A stretch of DNA of 64,000 nucleotides, taken from positions 10,894,537-10,958,536 of the forward strand of contig CM082577.2 in the NCBI GenBank assembly GCA_040954595.2, in the 5' to 3' direction. A model generated the notes under the pieces. The model was not told where the DNA came from. It searched no databases and was given only the letters and a program-made list of their open reading frames with translations. Source of the stretch: Balanoglossus misakiensis. Its lineage: Eukaryota > Animalia > Hemichordata. Made by a program: the position numbers and the translations under genes. The number at the start of each line of letters is the position of its first letter. Within the stretch, counting starts at the first letter, position 1. Positions 26,792 to 38,247 of the stretch are shown here, piece after piece.

Positions 26792-27715
26792 TGTAAAAAC
26801 TAAGTCCAATGAAATATTTTTGAACTTTGAAGATGGATTTCTAAAATGTGATGTCACAATTGAACATGTAACATTGCAAAAATTTGAAGAAAATAAACTT
26901 TCTAGTAGATTTAACCAAAAAAATGGATTTTTAATGAATATAATTGAAATTTGGCATCTCTAAAAATGATGATTTTCAGTTTTTTCCCATTTTTCGGCAA
27001 AATTTCACAAAAAAGCCCCTTTTTCGCAACATTTAAATTGACGTAATTCAAAAACTTCTTGACGGATTTTGAAAATTTTTGTTTTGTTTTGTTTCTCTCA
27101 CATTATACTTCAAAATGTTTATAATGCAGTGAAGCTAAAATGAATTTAAAATTTTGCATTGAACTCCCTACAGGAAGTTGTCAAATGTCGTGGGATGGGC
27201 TCCTCCCAAGTTTGTCCCCGTCTCCCAAAGTCTTAGTTACACACTGACAGCTGCAGCATTGGCTTGTCTGCGCTGTCAGTTATATACGACATGAGACTTG
27301 AAAGCTGGCACGAGCTTTTCTCTGTGATGCATGTCATCGTTCAGTCAAAATAACACCAGAGATTGCAATGTAAACAGACAGGCGTAATAAGTTCTACCTG
27401 GAAAGAGGAAACCGTGGTGGACCCCTGGTTTTACAGTCCCAGAATTAACACTGGCTGGATAGATAGCTATACTGAAGTTATAGAAACACAATATGTTCTT
27501 TTCACGATCCGTATGTTTAACGCGATAATTCAAGTTTTGACGATTTCGCTAGTGTGCCCACAATAGATTGCATTTCGAGACTGGTCCTGGAAATAATGTT
27601 CACAGCATTGTCACTTTCTGTCACAGTGCAGTGGACGCGTGAGGTCACTGAGTCATCAAGGGCTGTCGATGTCTGTCAAGTAACACATCGTTTTTGTTGA
27701 TAGAAGAAAGGTTAA

Positions 27716-27942
27716 AAGGACAAAGTCTCTCTCTCACTGCCTCTTTTCCATTAATTATGTTGATACAACACACCATTTATATTATTCTACATGTGGATAT
27801 ATAGTGAATGAGCGTTCAACCACATACAACTTCCATTCTGTTTATAGGATATGAGAGTAAAAACTCACCCAAAATGAATAAAAGGTAAAGAACAATTATT
27901 CATTTTGGGGATTTTTTTTTTCATTTTCGTGTCTACAAGCGG
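27716..27942 (+). mobile_element. Truncated copy of the Kolobok-type MITE seen whole at 43064-43408
   Basis: TTAA+AAGGACAAAGTCTCTCTCTCAC... is collinear with 43064 onward and stops at GTCTACAAGCGG, where the right arm starts. Confidence 0.9.
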
Positions 27943-28547
27943 TAGAACTTATTACGCCTGTCTGTTTACATTGCAATCTCTGGTGTTATTTTGACTGAAC
28001 GATGACATGCATCACAGAGAAAAGCTCGTGCCAGCTTTCAAGTCTCATGTCGTATATAACTGACAGCGCAGACAAGCCAATGCTGCAGCTGTCAGTGTGT
28101 AACTAAGACTTTGGGAGACGGGGACAAACTTGGGAGGAGCCCATCCCACGACATTTGACAACTTCCTGTAGGGAGTTCAATGCAAAATTTTAAATTCATT
28201 TTAGCTTCACTGCATTATAAACATTTTGAAGTATAATGTGAGAGAAACAAAACAAAACAAAAATTTTCAAAATCCGTCAAGAAGTTTTTGAATTACGTCA
28301 ATTTAAATGTTGCGAAAAAGGGGCTTTTTTGTGAAATTTTGCCGAAAAATGGGAAAAAACTGAAAATCATCATTTTTAGAGATGCCAAATTTCAATTATA
28401 TTCATTAAAAATCCATTTTTTTGGTTAAATCTACTAGAAAGTTTATTTTCTTCAAATTTTTGCAATGTTACATGTTCAATTGTGACATCACATTTTAGAA
28501 ATCCATCTTCAAAGTTCAAAAATATTTCATTGGACTTAGTTTTTACA

Positions 28548-29345
28548 CGCACGCACGGCACTATGGGAAAATTACAAAATTTGCCGATTTCAAAAGTTTG
28601 TATCTCCAAAACTATGTACATAATCCTGATGAAATTTTCTGTTAAAACTGACATGTACCTGTTCTCTTAGTTTGTTAAATCATAGATCAATAAGCACTTG
28701 TAGTATTACATTTAATCCAGCTTGAAAATCACAAAAAACTCTTTAGTCAGATACGCACGGCACTATTGGAAAATTACAAAATTTGCCGATTTCAAAAGTT
28801 TGTATCTCCAAAACTATGTACATAATCCTCATGAAATTTTCTGTGAAAACTGACATGTACCTGTTCTCTTAGTTTTGTTAAATCATAGATCAATAAGCAC
28901 TTGTAGTATTACATTTAATCCAGCTTGAAAATCACAAAAAACTCTTTAGTCAGATACGCACGGCACTATTGGAAAATTACAAAATTTGCCGATTTCAAAA
29001 GTTTGTATCTCCAAAACTATGTACATAATCCTCATGAAATTTTCTGTGAAAACTGACATGTACCTGTTCTCTTAGTTTTTAAATCATAGATCAATAAGCA
29101 CTTGTAGTATTACATTTAATCCAGCTTGAAAATCACAAAAAACTCTTTAGTCAGATACGCACGGCACTATTGGAAAATTACAAAATTTGCCGATTTCAAA
29201 AGTTTGTATCTCCAAAACTATGTACATAATCCTCATGAAATTTTCTGTGAAAACTGACATGTACCTGTTCTCTTAGTTTTGTTAAATCATAGATCTATAA
29301 GCACTTGTAGTATTACATTTAATCCAGCTTGAAAATCACAAAAAA
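28548..29345 (-). repeat. Tandem array, ~4 x 203 bp (right arm)
   Basis: CTTGAAAATCAC recurs at 28721, 28924, 29125 and 29328. Confidence 0.97.
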
Positions 29346-29627
29346 TCACTTTTGACTGATTATGCTATGGGTGCTAGATATAGATAAGGTTGTTTAATCT
29401 CAAGGTTTTGTCAAATTCTCACGGCTATTCAAAAACTTTGTGACAAATATTGCTGAAAGTTGGTAAGCATTTAAATATATTATGAGATGTATAATTCCAC
29501 TATTAATTTGGCATGAGAATGAGTTATTGATAAATACATGCAGAATAAACATTAACACATATACAGAATCCGGAAAAGGATCACACTAGTTCAGTACAAT
29601 ATAGTACATTATATTATTCTTAGCGGC

Positions 29628-32600
29628 TCAAAAATACTGACGTTTAAACTGTTTGTACATGTTCTCTACTTCAGTTACATCTTTGACTGACCAGGCACGA
29701 AGCAAGGAGTCTTTTGGTTCTATGTCAATTTCTCTTAAGATAAATTTTGAGTCAATATTCGAAACATCTGCTCGTGTTGGCCATTTAAATGAATTTGTAC
29801 CTGTTCGAGACAGAAAGGTTGTTGTGACATTTTGACTTCCATCAGGATTTAAGTTAATATCTTTGATTTCACCTGCAAACCAACAATTTTCATAAGCTAC
29901 AGCAATGTACATTCCAGCTTGTAATTGTCTCTGTACACCAAATTTCTGTACTTTCCTTTTTCTTGTTCTTTTTGATGTCTTTTTCTTGTTAAGTGCCTGT
30001 TCAGTCTCCACTTTCTTTTTTCTTAAAGTATCATTTATCTCTTTGACGAAGTCTGGTAATTCACTGTTGTTTGCATGCATTATAGTTTTTAAGTTCTCTG
30101 TCAGTTGCTTAACAGTGAGTTTTCGTCCACTGTCTTGCCACTTAGACAGCTTTTTATTTGGTAGACTATCTTTAAGGAGGGTTACTCTGTACATAATTTG
30201 GTCTTTAAGGGCCTTTGTTTGTTCGCTTAGTTTCATTTCTTGCAGCTTCCTATCTACCTCAGGCTCATCTTCCCAAACCCCCCACTTATTTACAATTCTC
30301 TGCTCTAACTGGTGTCTTTTCTGCTGTTTTCTCTGTTTCTGCTTTTGTTTTTTTTTCCATTCTTGATTTCTGTAATTCAAGTCTCTTCTTAATAAGATCT
30401 TTACTGTGCATGTATTCTCTTTTTTTTTTCTTTTTGGTGCTTGCTTACGAGCTATCCGCAGATATTTCATTTTGATATGTTGTGGCAGCTTATGAAGATA
30501 AGCAGAAGTTTTATTTCTGCTGAAACAAATGACACCAGCCTTGGCTACTCTACTCTTTTGTGGTGCATGTCTAATCTGTCTGTCAAGGTCAGAGAAATCA
30601 CTTTCTGATCGTATATTTGTCAGTGGTGCACTTTGAACCTGCTCGCACAGAATCTCACATGGTTGATTCTCTAGCCCACCCGGTAGTTGGTTACCAAGCT
30701 GCCTTTCAATAACAGGTAGCATTGACTTGCAAAATGTTTGCAATGCATCCAATGTTAGCAAATCAAAATGCGTGTCTCGTTCTGTTGGAAACAGACTGGA
30801 ATACAATTCATCTTTAGTGATGGTTGTGTCTGACAAGTAGAAGGTTTCATTCAGTAGGGGTGTTGCATCTGATGAATTATCAGCTAGGCAAGTTTTCAAT
30901 TCTAACCAATGGACATTCATGTCATAATAATGTATATCCTTTCTTTCTAACAGGCGCATTAGAGGACCAGTGATTAGTTTAGATATTATTCCAAGAGCTC
31001 TACATTCGGCCATCACAATGGGTTCATCCAAAATTGCTTGAACATGACATATCAACTTATTTGTTGACCCACAACGCCCAGACTTCAAGAAGTCAGAAAT
31101 ATGGTGTCTGTGATGATACACAGCAGCACCTTGATGAAAAGCAACATTGAATCTATTATGTTCAAATGCTATTAAATACTGATTTTCTTTCACTTCATTC
31201 ATATATGGGGCAAAATCAGTGTAAACCCCTGATTTTTGACAACCAGAGTCAGTGAAGCCTTTGCTGGTTTGATATAACAGAGCAAAACAGTGTGACTGAT
31301 TACCAAATGTTGACTTTTCTGTTTTCATCTGACTCCTGTGTTCATTTTCAAAGATTCCACATGCTGTGCTCACTGCTGTAGCCATGTTACTTAAAACATG
31401 CATACCACATAGAAGATGGTTTACTTTTGTCATTTCCGATTTCTCATCATCACTTAATTTATCCCAGTTTTCCTCAATGACTGGTAATAAAGTTTCTCTC
31501 AGTTCTTCCAATTTGCTCTTGTATTTTCTATTTACAACATGACGATCACTCATAATGTTTTTACTACGAAGGAGGAGTTGTGCATATATAGATAATTTAT
31601 CATTATCATCCTCAGCAATGGCTTCACTGAGCTCCTGAAATGTTAGTATTGTAGCATTCATGTAGTCATCGGCACTGCCACGCAAAAGTTCTTGAAATCC
31701 AAGAGATAGAGAGGATTTGTTTGGAAGTGTCACTTGCAGACCAGCATAGTCAATGAATTTCTTTCTTGTGCCATCACTATGGAGGGTATTGTATTTTTCC
31801 TGTTCTAATATTTCTGTAGCAGCTTGGGCCTGTGCAACAACCAGTGCTTCTACCTGCAACATTGATGTCAGTGATTTGCTTGGCAATCGTCCAACATCAA
31901 TGTTCAGGAGATTTTTGATTACAGATTTCACAACTGATGTGCAGTTATCCACTGAAACATTATGTGATAGCAGATCATAATAGATCTGTCTTATTGTATC
32001 TGTGTATTTTCCATTTTCAAATGTTTTTATCTGATTGTCACTCATCATCTCTGTTACTCTTTCATGCAGCTCCTGGTTTTCATTTTCCAACTGCCTAACT
32101 TGATCCCTGGCTTCTCTTAATTCTATGGACTCTTGTTTATCTGCAGACTGGGCTTTTCTTTTCCAGTAACTTTTATTCTTTTGCAGATTAGTCTTTTCCT
32201 TTACTATTTGATCCAACTTTACTTTCAATTTCTCTGCTTCCTTTGTCATTAAATTCATATCAAGTACTTGATCATCAATCACTTTCTTGTGTACTTGAAT
32301 TTGGTGTTCCATCTTTGATATTTTCTCATCTCTTCTTTTTAGTTTCTTTGTTACATTTCTTGGTGCTAATGATGCCAGTTTTTTCTTTGAGTTGTCTGAT
32401 ATCAATGATCTTCTTATTATACTTCAACTTCAGCTTATCTAGTTCTTTCACCTTCTCTAACACTTCCAGCTTCTCCTGAGCTAATTCTTCCATAGCTTCA
32501 CCCAACATACTTATTTCTTGGTAACTGTCTATCAGACTGTTTGTCAAATTTCCCATCATCTTGTTTATATCTATGTTATCAGTGTCATGTTCACTTTCAT

Positions 32601-33288
32601 GTTCAGTATTGTTACTGGTGTGTGATATACTGGCAGACACCTGATGCTGTGGCAGTTTGTATAGTTGGTTCACAAAACTCTCAAGTTCACTTTGATGATT
32701 ATTCATTTTCAGTTTCAAGTATTTATCGTGGAATCTTGTCCACTGTCGAGTAATTGCAGCTGGACTAAGTGCTGTTTCTCCTTTCAATGACATAAACTGT
32801 CTCAGCCATTTCAAGGCATGATCCCAAGGAAGGTGGTGTGTGACAAGAACATTTCTCAATTCCAGTATATGCTTGATTTGAAGGTTAATAGTGTTGTCCT
32901 GGCTATCTGAGAAACTGCAAGTGAGCAAAACCTGCTTGGTGATATTATTCTCACTGAAAACATCTGACAACTTCCTCTCTGCCTGGCCTGAAATAATGGT
33001 GCTGAGTATTCCGTCTTCATTTCCTTCTCTTCTACCTTTCTCTACTCTCTTCCTAACTTGCCTTGTTAAATTACTTATTTTTGCTGGCAAAATGATGTCA
33101 GGATCAAACAGTTTAATGATGTGAGGGAAAGCCTGTTGAATATTAATTCCGGTTGCCTGCAGCCCATCGTGTAAACTTAGATACAGGTTGTAGGTCAGTG
33201 GAACCTCACAATTAATATCAGCTAAAGTCTTCTGTCCTGTCACTAAGCTGTCGAGATTGTCCCTTATCTTAAGTAGTACTGTTTCCAT
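29628..33288 (-). pseudogene. DDE transposase-like gene, right copy (ORFs 32326-33288 and 29628-32405)
   Basis: Both translations are identical to the left copy, with the same frameshift. Confidence 0.75.
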
Positions 33289-34258
33289 ATTTCATATTTC
33301 TAATGGGGGAAAATACAAGGTGACTGAATTTTTAAATAATTCTATGTCACTGACTAAGAACCCCAAGGAAATTATATTGAAAGACTCAAAAAACCTACTT
33401 TGTGATCTTAAAAAAATGACCCCCAAAATAAAAATAAAATTTGTTCAGTACGAATTTATCCCAGGAGAGGGCTAAATACAATAAAAGAGAAATATGAACG
33501 AATGCAAAGGGGAAAAGCAAGACTTGACTGCCGACATGAGAAGGAAAAAAATGCTGTCATGGCAACAACGAGCTCGCTCACCAGCTGACACTTTTGTATG
33601 CATCAACGAAAATTTACTTCAAAGCTTTGAAAACACGTCTATTTTTATTATGCTTGCAAAATTAAGAGAAGATATGTCCCTCATAACAAGCTAAATTTGG
33701 TATCGCAACATAACAAAAGTATCGCGTTGACATCAGTGCCGTAAATATAAAAATGACAGTTCACCATTCACTCACACTACATGAAATGATAAACAAGTTT
33801 GAACTTTTTCATCGCCGAAAAAATCCATTCAAATACAATCATGCTTTGAAATTTAGCATTTTATGACCTGTAGATGCAAGTTTCTATCAAACTTTTCAGT
33901 GTTTTTCGTAATTCTGTACATTTACAGCATAGAAAATGCCGAGCGCAAAAAAAAGATCGCGTCAACATGTTTGTTGATATCCCGTTCGGCCATCTTGACC
34001 TAGTTTCGGCGGGTAATTCCCCGCGACCTCACTGACACGGAAATTTATTGCCGGTAAAAAACGGTGAGCTCGTCAGTAAAATATCATTCCCCTAATTTTT
34101 AAAACAACATGAAATGATAAAAATCCTGGATATATGCGTTTATGAATTTTACATACCGTATTTACGAAAGAAAAAACTTGACAAAACCTTTGACCCGCGC
34201 TGATGAATATATAGTAGCAGTGATTTCTTATGAAACTCATATCATATTATAGCTTGTT

Positions 34259-34774
34259 CTCCTCCTCCTCCTCCTCCTCCTCCTCCTCCTCTTCCTCCTC
34301 TTCCTCCTCCACCTCCTCCCAACATCACCTCCACTTCCTCCTCCCAACATCATGCTTTGCAGAAAGTCCACCAATCAAAGCACGTTCCATATATACTTAG
34401 CCATATCTCAATTTTCCACCAACTTAGGGGACCATGTCTGCCTCCTCCTCCTCCTCAGCTCCTCCTCCTCCTCCGAGTGCTACGGCTCCTCCTCCTCCTC
34501 CTCCTCCTCCTCCTCCTCCTCAGCTCCTCCTCCTCCGCCTCCTCCTCAGCTCCTCCTCCTCCTCCTCCTCCTCAGCTCCTCCTCCTCCTCCTCCTCAGCT
34601 CCTCCTCCTCCTCCTCCTCCTCCTCTTCCTCCTCCTCCTCCTCCTCCTCCTCCTCCTCCGCCTCCTCCTCAGCTCCTCCTCCTCAGCTCCTCCTCAGCTC
34701 CTCCTCAGCTCCTCCGCCTCCTCCTCAGCTCCTCCTCCTCAGCTCCTCCTCAGCTCCTCCTCAGCTCCTCCTCC
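34259..34774 (-). repeat. (CTC)n simple-repeat mosaic, right arm
   Basis: Reverse complement of 20368-20880, with one extra triplet. Confidence 0.95.
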
Positions 34775-34990
34775 CCAAATCCGAGTGCTACGGCTCCAAC
34801 CTATACTACTGGTTCATGCGACAAAATTGTGCAATGTACTATTACTGTTACATTCAGATGCACTTGTAATTGCCATTGTGGAATTGTGATCAGCATTTTG
34901 CAGTATACTACAGCACACAACATTCCCAGGTTACATCTCTAACAGCTGCATTCGAGACTTTGTTAACCCTCATGTCGCCATACATTGACT

Positions 34991-35161
34991 TAGACTCTCT
35001 CACAACCCACGGTTCGCTAAAATAAGGCTCTTTACTGACGCGCCCTCAACCGTTTGGCAAGGGAGAAACACTGTTTGGTGTTGTGTATCGAACCTCGCCG
35101 GGCACACATGCCTGAGTCCATAAGCCTTCACGGACGACGAGAGGGGCTGTAAGAGAGTCTA
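34991..35161. mobile_element. 171-bp MITE with TAG...CTA ends and a 9-bp TSD (Academ- or MULE-type)
   Basis: TIR TAGACTCTCT / AGAGAGTCTA. ACATTGACT is duplicated at 34982-34990 and 35162-35170. Confidence 0.85.
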
Positions 35162-35443
35162 ACATTGACTGGGCTGCATATATCCTAGGTTGTCGTGAAT
35201 TGCTGAATTGACCTTACCATCCAGGGCAAACCGGACACACAGAGTCTAATTTCTTCATCAAAATGACAAATTGTGATTTATTGTATGTTGCTGTCGTTTT
35301 GAATTAGCGCATTTACTGAACGTGTTTATTGGAATTACTGATAACACATTTCCTCTGTAAAATGAAAAATAAATAATATAAATAGAGTGATTAGCTCTCA
35401 TTTCCGTGATAGGAAATCGGGGGCAGTTAACAGCTCTCTAAGC

Positions 35444-35571
35444 TATAAAAGGCCGCCAGTGACAAACAACTTTCAACAAAATCCCTTAATTGAAGCTTGT
35501 TTAAAGTAGCATACCCCAGACACCAAACTTGTGTTAGTAACCCTTGCAGAAGTCCAGTCAGATCGTCGAAG
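35444..35571 (+). promoter_or_regulatory. TATA box and non-coding first exon of the Kunitz gene
   Basis: TATAAAA at 35444-35450, donor AG|GTGAGT at 35571/35572, acceptor TTTTCATTAG ending at 35990, upstream of the ATG. Confidence 0.55.
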
Positions 35572-36029
35572 GTGAGTACGCAGATGCAATGCACAAACAT
35601 TTCAGGGATAGAGAGTTTTATTATTCCTTAAAAAAACACATGCAATTAGGGAATTTGAAATTCTAGCTTCCAAAAAGCTGGTTTAAATGCTAAGCGAATG
35701 CCGACATGTGTGAAAAGACTGCCGACAGACTCACTGTCAAGAACGCACTCCAAATATGATTTTCAACACAGCTGGTATTGTTTAGGAAAAAAAGATTTAT
35801 CAACTTGCGCGTATTTACATTTGCTTGTTCTGTGTTTTAGTTTTTAATATGTGCCATTTATATAAACTGGTTAAATTATACCTTTACATAGCTGCTTTTT
35901 GGCATACTGGCTGACTGACTGTGTGCCTGCATGCATGACTGGCTTGCAAAATGATCGAACACAATATACCTACGATTTTCTTTTCATTAGAACTTTACAC
36001 TGAGGGTCAACGTTTGAACGATGTATACC

Positions 36030-38247
36030 ATGAAATGGCAGATTTTCGTAGCCATGACCTTGTTAGTTTACCAAACAGCGGCATGGGTGGAAGTTATGGT
36101 AAGTTTTCTGTTTCAATTAATATTGCGTTTTCAAAAAACGCGATCGAAAATAGATCAAAATAAACTGAAAAATATTATTTTAAGTCGCCACTTTAACGAT
36201 TGGCAATTTTTTCTCACGATTGTATCAAACATTGAAGAATTCAACTGTTTTCATGACACACACTTTACTACTTTCTATACGATCAGCTAATTTCGTCAAG
36301 TTTAATCTCAGACTGATTGGCGTCAAATTACCGATACGTGCAGCCTTTCAGCCAATTTACACTGTGTTCCATAACGTGACAAAATTTTGTCGTATTTGTA
36401 TACGTTCAAGAGCAACAGTGAGTGCGGCATATCCATATTTGTTGCCGTAAAATTTGATCATTGGGTGCAAAAGCTGCGGGGGGGGGGGGCAAAATAAACT
36501 TGTGGAACTATAGCCTCGTGTTATTAATGTCACATAGCATTGTTCAAGAGTCATCTTCAAATATAACGTGTCCATTTCTCTCATGTTTAATTAACATTCA
36601 GTATTACAGATTTCTTGCATGTAAAATGACAATGCTCGCTTGAAGTATATTCGATCGCCAGGGAAGCAGTTAAATTTCAACTGAGCCCGGCAATTATTAT
36701 TCGGTACATCCAAATATCTGGGGCACATATTTTACATTTTGACAGAATCTGTCTTACAGCTATTATTGTGTTTGATTTATGTGCATCATGGTTGATTAAT
36801 GACCGAAAATTAACTGAAAGAACTTTGACGGTCATATACATGTACATGTAATTGTACAATTATTACAGTAAATACCGGCAGCATCAGTGACATTGATACC
36901 CGCAGTTCTCGTATACATAATTGTTTCATTAAATTACCATTTTTATAATATGTGTCCAATAACAAGTACAATGTAAATACAATCCTCCACTTTGAGATGA
37001 TTTATCTTACAGCAATTATTTCGTTTGATTTATGCTCATCATAGTTGATTTATGACTGGAAATAATTCACAATTAAGAACTTCGGCAGTCATGAAATTGT
37101 ACAGTTACAGGAAATAACATCGGTGACATTGGCACCACTGTTGTTCTCGTATTCTTGTTCCATTAAATGGCAATTTTTTCAAGACACAAATTTTGCCATG
37201 TTGAAGTTGTATAGCAATAGAACATATGCATAGAGTCGAAGGAATTATATATGCTAACAACTATAACTTATAATGTTGTGCAACTGACGTAGTTATTCCG
37301 TTTTCTGTTCATATTCACAGCCTCCGCGAAAACGCGAAGTGCATCCAAGTGCGGGTAAGTAGGCCACATTATGTCTGGAACTCCGGTCTTTCCTTGTAAA
37401 GGTCAGAACTAACATCTTGTCCGCATGGGTTTCTCTTGATGTATTGGCAGCCGTTGCCCATCAGTCCAATGGTGATTATATTGGTTAGTTGTCTTCCTGA
37501 AGAAAAACAACTTCAATATTAAGCAACATTTCCTGTGTTTCATGTGTGTAAAAAAAATACGTACACATGGCGACTGATATCATAAATATATAAACTAAGT
37601 CGATACATTTTTGGGGAGTTATTCGTAATTTTAGTTCGTGCAACTCTTCCATGTAGAAGTTGTGTAATTTTTAGATGCCGCACTTTACTTAAGGATAAGG
37701 TCACCAATGTTGGTTATTGTGCCTTCTGTGAATTTGGTCAGCCTATAGAAGTATAGTATGCAAAAATATCCTTTGTGACCCTCCCTTTAAAAGGGTCTAA
37801 ATATGGCTGACGTAACTTTACCTGCACTGGCAATGTTTTTATATGGTAGAAATAGTTCAACGACTCTGTTAGTGTACCAAGCACGGTCAACATGTTTTTG
37901 GATATATAAGCTTCTCTTTTGGCACCATTGGCGCTATTTCTAAAATGCCGGATGTTATTGTAGTTCGATTATTTCGTCCGCTGTGTGTCCATTTTTTTCA
38001 CAGAAAGTAAACTAATATGGCTAAATAAAATGTAAACGTTAACACAACTATCTTATCTGAATTCCCTAATTTAGGTAACGCGTGTCTCCTGCCGCCTGCT
38101 CCTGGCCTCTGCAGAGGTTACTTCCCTCGGTGGTATTACAATAAGGACTCCGGGAATTGTGAAGAATTCATCTACGGAGGTTGTGCGGGCAATGCCAACA
38201 ACTTTGGAAAGGAAAGAGCTTGTCTTCAAGCGTGTAGGTTGGAGTAA
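36030..38247 (+). CDS. Secreted single-domain Kunitz/BPTI protease inhibitor, 91 aa; exons 36030-36098, 37321-37354, 38075-38247
   Basis: MKWQIFVAMTLLVYQTAAWVEVM-PPRKREVHPSA-GNACLLPPAPGLCRGYFPRWYYNKDSGNCEEFIYGGCAGNANNFGKERACLQACRLE*. Six Cys, FIYGGCxGNxNNF motif, GT-AG introns with compatible phases. Confidence 0.9.
36748..37170 (+). repeat. Degenerate ~255-bp tandem duplication in a Kunitz intron
   Basis: TCTTACAGC.ATTATT..GTTTGATTTATG..CATCAT.GTTGATT occurs at ~36752 and ~37005. Confidence 0.7.

Larger units (their letters stand above)
20332..34810. mobile_element. 14.5-kb palindromic (fold-back) mobile element with Polinton/Maverick-type termini
   Basis: Inverted arms 20332-27398 and 27941-34810, spacer 27399-27940. 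Ends AGTAGTATAG...CTATACTACT. Direct repeat GGTTCA at 20326-20331 and 34811-34816. Confidence 0.9.

Noticed and set aside
25795-29345. Tandem arrays as a CRISPR-like locus
   Set aside because: Units are contiguous 203-bp repeats with no unique spacers, the context is eukaryotic and there are no cas genes.
20332-34810. Composite transposon made of two complete inverted elements
   Set aside because: The inner ends (27398 and 27941) have no copy of the AGTAGT terminus and no TSD, so each arm has only one end.
20325-34816. Alternative 7-bp TSD TGGTTCA
   Set aside because: It would take the terminal T (34810) from the right arm and leave asymmetric ends; a 6-bp TSD with AG...CT is more parsimonious.
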